Assembly: GCF_000196355.1 (NCBI RefSeq)
Contig: NC_007614.1
Location: forward strand, 2,640,001-2,672,000
Length of the DNA: 32,000 nucleotides
From: Nitrosospira multiformis ATCC 25196
GTDB lineage: Bacteria > Pseudomonadota > Gammaproteobacteria > Burkholderiales > Nitrosomonadaceae
Direction: 5' to 3'
In this document: in pieces, positions 1 to 11,059 of the stretch
Layout of the letters: every line of letters begins with the position of its first letter
How positions within the stretch are numbered: the first letter of the stretch is position 1
The notes under the pieces: generated by a model
Told to the model about the DNA's origin: nothing
Databases searched by the model: none
What the model saw: only the letters and a program-made list of their open reading frames with translations
Program-made: the position numbers and the translations under genes

Positions 1-261
1 CGTATTCTCCATGAGGGAGAGCCAGGCGGCCGGATGCCAGGCGTTCTCGTCAATCCCGGTGGCTTGCGCCGTGGTGGTCGCCAGGATGCCGAACAGGCCG
101 GTGAGCAGGATGAGGGCAAGCCACGGCAGCGCACGCTCCACCCGCGTGACCCAGGGCGAGTGGACGGAGCCGGCAATGGCCAGAAACACGCAGCCCCCCA
201 CCAGGATCATGTTGGACGCCAGCTGCGCCCAGCGCAGGAGCGTCGCGATGACCTCGATCAT
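1..261 (-). CDS. copD: CopD-like copper resistance/transport membrane protein, N-terminal part only (runs off left edge)
   Basis: Reverse complement from ATG at 261 gives MIEVIATLLRWAQLASNMILVGGCVFLAIAGSVHSPWV..., hydrophobic and open to the edge; ATGA overlap with the copC stop; position after copC in an amo cluster. Confidence 0.75.
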   Translation of the reverse strand, partial: MIEVIATLLRWAQLASNMILVGGCVFLAIAGSVHSPWVTRVERALPWLALILLTGLFGILATTTAQATGIDENAWHPAAWLSLMENT

Positions 262-683
262 TTCGCGGCGGCTTTGTTCTTTATCGTGAAGTCGTGGGAC
301 GAGTCAACCACATGCCCGTCCACCGACAGCACCCGGAACTTGACCGTGTACTTGCCCGGGCTCAATTCCGGCAGGGGCAGAACGATGGCTTTGGGGTCGT
401 TGGCATCGATATGCGGTTTGGTTTCGGTGACAGGGGTCTTGGAGGCGTCGAGTACGGAGAGTGCGGCATAGTCCTTTTCGACTTCTTCGTTGAAGAACAG
501 CCGCACCTGGGTGGGGGCCTGGGTCAGTTGCGCGCGGCGCGCAGGTTCTGCCTTGACCAGCATGGCGTGCGCCAGCGCCGGGCTGCTGTGCAGCCCCGCT
601 ACCAGCAGCAGGAACGACAAAAGGCTGCCTGCCAGTAAGTGAACACTTGCTCTCCTGTCGGCAGATATCATCGATGGTTGCAT
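258..683 (-). CDS. copC: CopC-domain periplasmic copper-binding protein
   Basis: Signal peptide then AHAMLVKAEPARRAQLTQAPTQVRLFFNEEVEKDYAALSVLD...LSVDGHVVDSSHDFTI, typical CopC. The ORF opens at 737, but ATG at 683 has a GAGGAG RBS just upstream. Confidence 0.9.
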   Translation of the reverse strand: MQPSMISADRRASVHLLAGSLLSFLLLVAGLHSSPALAHAMLVKAEPARRAQLTQAPTQVRLFFNEEVEKDYAALSVLDASKTPVTETKPHIDANDPKAIVLPLPELSPGKYTVKFRVLSVDGHVVDSSHDFTIKNKAAAK

Positions 684-964
684 TTTTGCTCCTCTTATAT
701 GGGCTCTGCACCCGAAGATCGGGCTTCGGGCAGCCACTGTGGTCCTTGTCTTTTTTATTTGTCCCCGGTTGTTCTTGTTCGATCTGCACCCGGTTGACTT
801 TTTTGTTCCTGCCTTATTGCATCTTGGACTCTTTCCCGCGCTTATGGTTCAGAGGGGGAGCCAGGCCGCGGCCCATGCCCGGGGTGCCCCCTGCACAAAG
901 GGACTGCGGCGAGCCCAAGCTCAAGTCAACCTGAAGTCAGCGCTTACTCTCTTCCTTCCCTTTG

Positions 965-1555
965 CTAGGCGCTTGCACCGGCGGATTTGCGTCCGCGCAG
1001 GAAGAAGACGGCCGCTCCTATGATCACCGCCGCAATGGCGATGATGAGGTAGGGCGACATGCCCTTGGGTTCACCCACGGAGAAGGGGAAGCGCGAGACC
1101 AGCGGTTCCTTGTCGGTGACGGTCACGAGCCCCACGAACTTGCCAGGCTGGGTGAAGTTGTATTCAAAATTGATGGAGCCATTGGGATAGACCTTGGGCG
1201 GTATGTGCAGGATGGTGATTTCATCGAGCTTCTGCTGTTCGTCGGGAGCGGGCTGTCCGCCTGAACCGGTGTCGCGGATGATGCGCACTTCGGTGGGCAG
1301 GGGGCGCAGCGCTTCTTCAATGTAGTCCAGGGCAACTACGGTGCGGCCGGTATTGGGAATGTCTTCGCAGAATTCCTTCTCCTGCGTGGCATCCGGCTGG
1401 TAGCCGGTAAAGTGCATGGTGTAGGGGCCGATGGTGAGCTTGCATATATCATCGGCAAGCGACAGGCCGCCGTGCGCTTCCACCTGGGAGGAGAAGGGCA
1501 GGGCCAGGGCAAATACCAGTCCGATCAAGGCAGGTTTGAGTGAGGATGAGAACAT
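965..1555 (-). CDS. amoD: AmoD (orf5) membrane-anchored periplasmic protein of the ammonia monooxygenase cluster
   Basis: Signal peptide ...VEAHGGLSLADDICKLTIGPYTMHFTGYQPDATQEKEFCEDIP..., C-terminal TM helix; location downstream of amoCAB. ORF open to 1621, likely start ATG at 1555 (MFSSSLKP). Confidence 0.85.
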   Translation of the reverse strand: MFSSSLKPALIGLVFALALPFSSQVEAHGGLSLADDICKLTIGPYTMHFTGYQPDATQEKEFCEDIPNTGRTVVALDYIEEALRPLPTEVRIIRDTGSGGQPAPDEQQKLDEITILHIPPKVYPNGSINFEYNFTQPGKFVGLVTVTDKEPLVSRFPFSVGEPKGMSPYLIIAIAAVIIGAAVFFLRGRKSAGASA

Positions 1556-1704
1556 TATCAATTCGCCTATATAAGTATGGTGAGTCAGTGAATCAGTGAT
1601 CCTGCAGGGTCGCGGTTGCATTTATCCGCCGCTGTTTTGCCAGGCTTGTGTCCGGCGCTCCTCTGCAACGGCAGGAGCCGGTTTATCCGGTGACCTTTCC
1701 TGCA

Positions 1705-2295
1705 TTACGGGTTGCGCGAGGAGCGCCAGCGTTGCACGCGCGGGGATTTCACGAGCTTGTATCCCAGCACGGCAAGCAGCAGCAGGGCGATCAGGGGGCC
1801 TACCGCGGCGCGGAATATTTCGGAATAGTTGATCATCTGTACCCGCAGGGGATACTGGTAGCGCAGGGGCGGCACGCCTTCTGCGGTGATGAATACGGTG
1901 TAGAGTCCCTGCTCGAGGGTGGTCTGGCCCTGGATGACACCATCCGGATGGTGCACAGGACGCAGTTGCGTGACCATCTCGTCCTCTTCGCTCGTGCCCC
2001 GTACCACCTTCATGCCAATGGGCATGTCGCGCATGGCAGGGTCGATGAGGTCGATCACGAGGAAGGTATCGCCTCCCTTGGGAATCTCGGTGCAGTATTG
2101 GGCAGTAGGTTCGAATTGCGGCTGGTAGGCGCTCAGATGCACCATGTTCTCGCCGATACGGCGCACGCAGCTGTCTTCTTCCAGCGATTCCTTGCCGTGC
2201 GCGCTAACAAACCCGCTGTAGAGGGTGGTAATCAGCAGCAGCGCCAGGGCACCTGCCCGGCTGCCTTGTCTGCTCGAAGTGCCTTTCGCTTGCAT
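1705..2295 (-). CDS. amoE: AmoE (orf4) membrane-anchored periplasmic protein of the ammonia monooxygenase cluster
   Basis: Signal peptide ...FVSAHGKESLEEDSCVRRIGENMVHLSAYQPQFEPTAQYCTEIP..., C-terminal TM; paralogous to the next gene. ORF open to 2328 (GTG), likely start ATG at 2295 (MQAKGTSS). Confidence 0.85.
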   Translation of the reverse strand: MQAKGTSSRQGSRAGALALLLITTLYSGFVSAHGKESLEEDSCVRRIGENMVHLSAYQPQFEPTAQYCTEIPKGGDTFLVIDLIDPAMRDMPIGMKVVRGTSEEDEMVTQLRPVHHPDGVIQGQTTLEQGLYTVFITAEGVPPLRYQYPLRVQMINYSEIFRAAVGPLIALLLLAVLGYKLVKSPRVQRWRSSRNP

Positions 2296-2310
2296 TTCTC
2301 TAGATTCGTT

Positions 2311-2360
2311 AAAAAAACACCGATCCACCTTGCCGTCTGTAACGGTGGCGGACCGGTGTT
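2311..2360 (-). terminator. Putative intrinsic terminator between amoB and amoE
   Basis: Minus-strand sequence AACACCGGTCCGCCACCGTTACAGACGGCAAGGTGGATCGGTGTTTTTTT: outer stem AACACCG/CGGTGTT plus TCC/GGA, followed by a 7-T run. Confidence 0.65.
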
Positions 2361-2476
2361 TGCATGCTGCCTGTTCCAGTCTTGGCCCGGTTTCTGCCCT
2401 GGTCGGGCAGGAGCCGGGCGGCTTTTTAGGATTGACCCGGGATTAGTCCTGTAGGGCTTGCCCCCGGGGTTTGTCC

Positions 2477-4564
<2,088 letters not shown>

Positions 4565-4800
4565 TTACGCGACTAAAACATATCAATCGTTGCCGTGCTG
4601 CTCTACTGCTTGCCATCCTCGCAGTCCCTGATGACGTTGCCGCGAATTCCCGGGAACCTCGTGATTCAACAAGGGTCTACATGACTGTATAAATCCCTTG
4701 TCGCTTCCTTGTTGCTCCCGGATCCGGCGACTCCCTTCCCCTTTTGCTCCAGGTGCCGCCGCTTCGCATTGCTTGAGTCTGCCCGGCTGTGTTACCGCTG

Positions 4801-4834
4801 GCCGCATCGCTCTCCTGTTCGGAGGCGATGCGGC
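4801..4834 (-). promoter_or_regulatory. Strong stem-loop in the amoC-amoA intergenic region
   Basis: Perfect 10-bp inverted repeat GCCGCATCGC / GCGATGCGGC enclosing CTCC-TGTTC-GGAG, with a single T bulge; 36 nt past the amoC stop; no T-tract. Confidence 0.7.
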
Positions 4835-4869
4835 TATTGCTGCTTATGCGTGTGTCAGCGAGTCAGTCC

Positions 4870-5766
<897 letters not shown>

Positions 5767-5981
5767 TCAACTCCGGCAGAAGCGCTTGCCCTTCATGCTT
5801 CCAACTTCCAACATCCGCTTGCTGCCGCTTCTCTACTGCACAAAACCCGGCGCGCAAGAACAAATTGTCGCTTACTTCCCAATACCGGCAGCACCAAACA
5901 GCCGCACCAGAACACCCAAATCCTTCCCTGGTACCACCTTTATTGCCGCTACCAGTACTTTACATACCCATAAGCCCGCAA

Positions 5982-6011
5982 AGACTACTCCCCGCCATAC
6001 CCTTAAGTCAA
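5982..6011 (-). promoter_or_regulatory. Candidate sigma-70-type promoter for amoC
   Basis: Minus strand TTGACT (6011-6006), 18-nt spacer, TAGTCT (5987-5982). Good -35, weak -10; would imply a leader of about 275 nt. Confidence 0.25.
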
Positions 6012-6353
6012 GCAGTTTGTCAGAAGGCAAACAGGGTAAAATGCGCGATAATCTATTGATCCTTAGCTATACTAGGCATTACAAGGGCTGCAGCATATCT
6101 CGTGCCAGAAAAATTATTCATATAATATTCAATAAGTTGTATTGTTATCCCTATACTTTTTCTTGCTCATATGTAAGAAAACCCGACATCCCCTGAGGCT
6201 CGCAGAACCCGGATAGGAGAGGTATCAGCACGAAAAGCCTGTCATTCTTTACTGGCCAGTCTGTATCCATAATTTGTACATCCCGCAGGATTCGTATTTC
6301 ATCCTGACCGCGTTTATCATACCCCTTTCCACCCCGATCACCGCTGATCTGGC

Positions 6354-8558
6354 ATGTCCATCATTCGCGTTGCGCTTGATAAGCCTTTGAATACACTTTT
6401 CGATTATCTCGGCCCGGCAGGAGTAACAGAGCAGGATATCGGTTGTCGCGTATTCGTTCCCTTTGGAAAAAGTCGCATGACGGGGGTTATCATGGAGGTA
6501 GCCTCTTACTCCGACATTTCCCCGGACAAGATCAAGCAAGCCGGTCAGGTATTCCGCGATGTTCCACCCCTCCCCCCGGAGTTGCTCGATTTATTCCGTT
6601 TTTGCAGCGAGTATTACCACCACCCCCTGGGAGAAGTGGTAATGAATGGCCTACCAATCAGATTGCGCGGCAGTCAACCTTTTTTCATTCGCACGGCTCC
6701 CATCGTTTTTCAATATCGCCTCACGACGAAGGGTCGCGCTGTCGATATATCGGCCATTCCGGGTCGCAGCATCGCCAAACGTAGACTTCTGGTAAAGCTG
6801 AAGGAGTCCGGGATGATCGAAGATGGAGAGGCAAAGCAATTTTCCAGCCGAACCTCCGAGGCCATGAAGGAGTTCGTCGGTTTGCAATGGGTGGAAGAAA
6901 TACCTCTTGCGCCCCCTGTGGTTTCGACGTCTCCGTCTCAAGAAACATCCCCGCTCCCCGTCCTGACCCCCGCGCAGAAAAATGCGATCGATGCAATAGT
7001 CCCGAAAATGGGGGAATTCCATACATGGCTATTGCATGGAGTGACGGGCAGCGGAAAAACGGAGATATACCTGCAATTGATTTCACTGCTGCTGCGCCAG
7101 GCACGACAGACGCTCGTCCTCGTCCCGGAGATCAACCTGACGCCACAATTGGAGCTCATCTTCCGCGCTCGCTTTCCCGGAGTAAGGCTGGTCAGCCTCC
7201 ATAGCGGATTAAATCCCACTGAACGCGCCGAAGGATGGGTCCAGGCGCAGCATGGAGAAGCCGAAATAATACTGGGTACCCGGCTCGCTGTATTTACTCC
7301 GCTCCCAAGGCTGGGAATGATCATCGTGGATGAGGAGCACGATCTCTCATTCAAACAGCAGGAGGGTTTGCGCTACTCGGCGCGGGATGTCGCTGTCTTT
7401 CGTGCAAAGCGCGCCGGAATACCCATAGTATTGGGTTCGGCCACTCCGTCACTCGAAACCTATTACAACGCCATTACAGGACGCTATCTCCTGTTGCGCC
7501 TGCCCTCGCGCGCTCCCGACAATGCCTCCCTGCCCACGGTGCAGTATATCGATATCGGTAAAATAAAAACCCAGGAGGGCTTTTCCCCTCCGGTCATCGC
7601 CGCGCTGGAAAAAGGTCTGGCATCAAACCAGCAAAGCCTGGTTTTTATAAACCGTCGTGGTTACGCGCCAATTCTGCTATGCAGGGCATGCGGGTGGACA
7701 GCGCTCTGCCATCGCTGCTCTAGCCGTCTGGTTGTCCACTTGCGCGAAAAAAAACTGCGCTGTCACCATTGCGGCCATCAAGCGGAATTTCCCAGCCTCT
7801 GTCCGGAATGCGGGAATCAGGATATTGCTCCTTTTGGTCACGGCACACAACGAATCGAAGCTGCATTGACCCGGCTTTTTCCCGATGCCCGCATCGCCCG
7901 GATAGATCGCGACAGCACGAGGCGGAAAGATTCCTGGCAGCGGATATTGAAAGATATTCGTGAGCAACGCGTGGACATACTCGTAGGCACGCAGATTCTC
8001 GCGAAAGGACACGATTTTCCAAATCTATCGCTGGTCAGTATTCTGAATTCCGACGCCTCCCTGTTCAGCACCGATTTCCGCGCATCGGAGCGATTGTTTG
8101 CCCAATTGATGCAGGTAGCCGGACGCGCGGGCCGTTCAGGTACCCCGGGGGAAGTTTTGATTCAAACCCGGTTCCCCGATCACCCGCTCTACCGCGCCCT
8201 GTACCAGCACGATTACGACGCGCTTGCCCGGATTCTGCTGGAAGAGAGGAAAACCGCGCATTTCCCGCCATTCGTCTATCAGGCTCTATTACGGGCGGAG
8301 GCGCCGGCAATCGCTACCACACTCGCCTTTCTTGCCAAGGCGGCAACCTTGGCAAAAGCGCCACACCAGATTAAGGTATTTGATCCGGTTCCGGCCCAAA
8401 TGGCGCGGCTGAAGGGAATGGAGCGCGCTTATCTGCTGGTGCAGTCAAGGTCCAGAAAGAAGCTGCAGGAATTCCTCGGGAACTGGCGCACGAAGCTCGA
8501 CAGCCTTCCCAGCCATAAAGTGCGCTGGACGCTGGACATCGACCCGCTGGAATTCTAG
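6354..8558 (+). CDS. priA: Primosomal protein N' (replication restart helicase PriA)
   Basis: 734 aa; LLHGVTGSGKTEIYL Walker A, VDEEHD, LGSATPSLETYY, zinc-binding cysteines CRACGWTALCHRC...CHHCG...CPECG, GTQILAKGHDFPNLSLV. Confidence 0.97.
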   Translation: MSIIRVALDKPLNTLFDYLGPAGVTEQDIGCRVFVPFGKSRMTGVIMEVASYSDISPDKIKQAGQVFRDVPPLPPELLDLFRFCSEYYHHPLGEVVMNGLPIRLRGSQPFFIRTAPIVFQYRLTTKGRAVDISAIPGRSIAKRRLLVKLKESGMIEDGEAKQFSSRTSEAMKEFVGLQWVEEIPLAPPVVSTSPSQETSPLPVLTPAQKNAIDAIVPKMGEFHTWLLHGVTGSGKTEIYLQLISLLLRQARQTLVLVPEINLTPQLELIFRARFPGVRLVSLHSGLNPTERAEGWVQAQHGEAEIILGTRLAVFTPLPRLGMIIVDEEHDLSFKQQEGLRYSARDVAVFRAKRAGIPIVLGSATPSLETYYNAITGRYLLLRLPSRAPDNASLPTVQYIDIGKIKTQEGFSPPVIAALEKGLASNQQSLVFINRRGYAPILLCRACGWTALCHRCSSRLVVHLREKKLRCHHCGHQAEFPSLCPECGNQDIAPFGHGTQRIEAALTRLFPDARIARIDRDSTRRKDSWQRILKDIREQRVDILVGTQILAKGHDFPNLSLVSILNSDASLFSTDFRASERLFAQLMQVAGRAGRSGTPGEVLIQTRFPDHPLYRALYQHDYDALARILLEERKTAHFPPFVYQALLRAEAPAIATTLAFLAKAATLAKAPHQIKVFDPVPAQMARLKGMERAYLLVQSRSRKKLQEFLGNWRTKLDSLPSHKVRWTLDIDPLEF

Positions 8559-8714
8559 GAATATCTGCATAGGGTTCCTCTGGAACATTCCCGAGGCAGG
8601 GCGGCGTCATGGGGACGGATGATTTGATTTATACTCGTCACTTTTTTCTGAAGCAACGATAGAAAGTGGTTTTTAAGGACCCCGGTCTTTGCAAGCCATT
8701 CCATCGGGAACATT

Positions 8715-10145
8715 ATGACGGCCTCAAAAAGCACGGAAACCCTGCCCGGCGATAACACAAACACATGGTCAGGACGCTTTGATGAACCGGTTTCAGAACT
8801 GGTTCAGCGGTACACAGCGTCGGTCGGTTTCGACAAGCGACTGGCAGAGTACGATATCCAGGGATCTCTCGCACATGCGCGCATGCTCGCTGCGGGTGGC
8901 ATTATCGGCCCTCACGACCTCGACGCAATCGAACGGGGCCTGAGCCAGATCCGGCAGGAAATCCAGGGTGGCGGATTTGTCTGGCAGTTGGCTCTGGAGG
9001 ACGTTCATCTCAATATCGAGAAGCGTCTGACTGCGCTGATTGGTGACGCCGGGAAACGGCTGCACACGGCACGTTCCCGTAATGATCAAGTAGCGACGGA
9101 CATACGGCTCTATTTGCGCGCCTCCATCGACCGGATTACCGCCCTGATCCATGCAATGCAGAAGGCGTTGCTGCATCTGGCGGAGCAGCATGTCGATACG
9201 GTGATGCCCGGCTTCACGCACCTGCAGGTCGCGCAACCCATCGTCTTCGGACACCATCTCATTGCCTATTTCGAAATGCTGAAACGCGACGTGGAGCGTC
9301 TGGCCGACTGCAGAAAGCGCGTGAACAAACTTCCACTGGGAGCAGCCGCGCTGGCAGGAACAAGCTATTCCGTCGATCGCGCGATGGTAGCGCAGGAACT
9401 GGGTTTCGAGGGTGTCTGCGAAAATTCGCTGGATGCCGTTTCCGATCGGGATTTTGCCATTGAATTCTGTGCAGCAGCAGCGCTGATCATGACGCATCTG
9501 TCGCGCCTGTCCGAGGAACTCATCTTGTGGATGAGTCCACCTTTCGGATTTATCGACCTGGCTGACCGCTTCTGTACGGGGTCATCCATCATGCCACAAA
9601 AGAAAAACCCGGATGTGCCCGAGCTGGTGCGCGGCAAAACCGGGCGTGTGAACGGACATCTGGTCGCGTTGCTGACTCTGATGAAGGCCCAGCCGCTCGC
9701 GTACAACAAGGATAACCAGGAAGACAAGGAGCCTTTGTTCGATACGGTAGATACATTGACTGACACGCTGCGCATTTATGCCGATATGATGGCAGGTATA
9801 CGCGTCAAGGAGACTGCGATGCGGGAAGCGGCGAAGCGCGGGTACGCTACTGCTACCGATCTTGCCGATTATCTGACAAAAAAAGGATTGCCTTTCCGTG
9901 AAGCGCATGAAGCAGTGGCACAAGCAGTGCGCTTCGCCGAAAAGAACAACCGGGACTTAAGCGCGCTCACCCTGCCAGAGCTACAGCAATTCTCTCCGTT
10001 GATCGAGGACGATATCTTCACTGTGCTGACGCTGGAAGGGTCGTTAAATAGCCGCAATCACATTGGCGGTACTGCCCCGGTACAGGTTGCCGCCGCTATA
10101 CGGCGGGCGAGAGAATGGCTATCCGCAACCCCAGCCGCGCAATAG
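8715..10145 (+). CDS. argH: Argininosuccinate lyase
   Basis: 476 aa; [39 protein letters not shown], signature [23 protein letters not shown]. Confidence 0.97.
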   Translation: MTASKSTETLPGDNTNTWSGRFDEPVSELVQRYTASVGFDKRLAEYDIQGSLAHARMLAAGGIIGPHDLDAIERGLSQIRQEIQGGGFVWQLALEDVHLNIEKRLTALIGDAGKRLHTARSRNDQVATDIRLYLRASIDRITALIHAMQKALLHLAEQHVDTVMPGFTHLQVAQPIVFGHHLIAYFEMLKRDVERLADCRKRVNKLPLGAAALAGTSYSVDRAMVAQELGFEGVCENSLDAVSDRDFAIEFCAAAALIMTHLSRLSEELILWMSPPFGFIDLADRFCTGSSIMPQKKNPDVPELVRGKTGRVNGHLVALLTLMKAQPLAYNKDNQEDKEPLFDTVDTLTDTLRIYADMMAGIRVKETAMREAAKRGYATATDLADYLTKKGLPFREAHEAVAQAVRFAEKNNRDLSALTLPELQQFSPLIEDDIFTVLTLEGSLNSRNHIGGTAPVQVAAAIRRAREWLSATPAAQ

Positions 10146-10157
10146 TCTGAAGCAATT

Positions 10158-11042
10158 ATGCAATCCTGGACAGAAATCGCGGTGCAAATCTCCCATTCCA
10201 CCGGTACCCCTTTTACCATACAAACAGCTTCTCCCATGGGTGGCGGTTGCATCAGCCAGGCATATCGAATCGAAGGGAACGGCCAACGATTCTTCGTCAA
10301 GCTGAACAACCCGGAATGTCTTTCGATGTTTGAGGCGGAGGCCGCGGGGCTTCAGGAAATTCGTAATTCCCGCAGCCTACGTGCACCTGCGCCAGTATGC
10401 TGGAGCGGAAATACTTCCATTGCATGGCTGGTGCTGGAATATGTGGAGATGCATGCAGGTTCCAAAGAAGGTGCCCATGCGCTGGGAGAAGGATTGGCTA
10501 CAATGCACCGTGTCTCTTCCGGGGAATTCGGGTGGACATGCAATAACACCATTGGAGCGACCCCCCAAATCAACGCACCTTCGTCCAGCTGGACCGATTT
10601 CTGGCGCAAGCACCGTTTAGGGTATCAACTGCAATTGGCGAAGGCCAATGGCTACTCGGGACGGCTGCAGACGCAGGGGGAGCGATTGATGGGGGAATTG
10701 GACCGCTTCTTTCCTGACGGACACCCTGTCGTGTCGCTCCTGCACGGCGACCTCTGGAGCGGCAACTACAATTTCGATGAAACGGGACAACCCGTCATAT
10801 TTGATCCTGCCGTCTACTACGGAGACCGCGAAACCGATATTGCGATGACTGAACTGTTTGGCGGCTTTCCCGCCAGTTTTTATGCGGCTTACCGGTCCGC
10901 CTACCCGCTGGATCCGGGTTATGCAACCCGCAAAACCCTCTACAACCTGTATCACATACTGAACCATCTCAACCTGTTCGGCGGGGGATACCTCAGCCAA
11001 GCGGAGCAGATGATGGGTAGACTGCTGGCGGAAATCCGCTGA
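10158..11042 (+). CDS. Fructosamine kinase / ketosamine-3-kinase family protein
   Basis: 294 aa; GGGCISQAYRIEGNGQRFFVKLN, LLHGDLWSGNYNFDETGQPVIFDPAVYYGDRETDIAMTELFGGF. Confidence 0.9.
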   Translation: MQSWTEIAVQISHSTGTPFTIQTASPMGGGCISQAYRIEGNGQRFFVKLNNPECLSMFEAEAAGLQEIRNSRSLRAPAPVCWSGNTSIAWLVLEYVEMHAGSKEGAHALGEGLATMHRVSSGEFGWTCNNTIGATPQINAPSSSWTDFWRKHRLGYQLQLAKANGYSGRLQTQGERLMGELDRFFPDGHPVVSLLHGDLWSGNYNFDETGQPVIFDPAVYYGDRETDIAMTELFGGFPASFYAAYRSAYPLDPGYATRKTLYNLYHILNHLNLFGGGYLSQAEQMMGRLLAEIR

Positions 11043-11059
11043 GGTCCGCTTCGGGGCTG

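Noticed and set aside
4642-4660. TTCCCGGGAA palindrome in the amoA leader as an operator
   Set aside because: Only 10 bp in GC-rich DNA with no second copy or known regulator match; not supportable alone.
6249-6539. 96-aa minus-strand ORF overlapping the 5' end of priA as a small regulatory gene
   Set aside because: No recognisable family, mostly overlaps priA coding sequence, and no convincing RBS.
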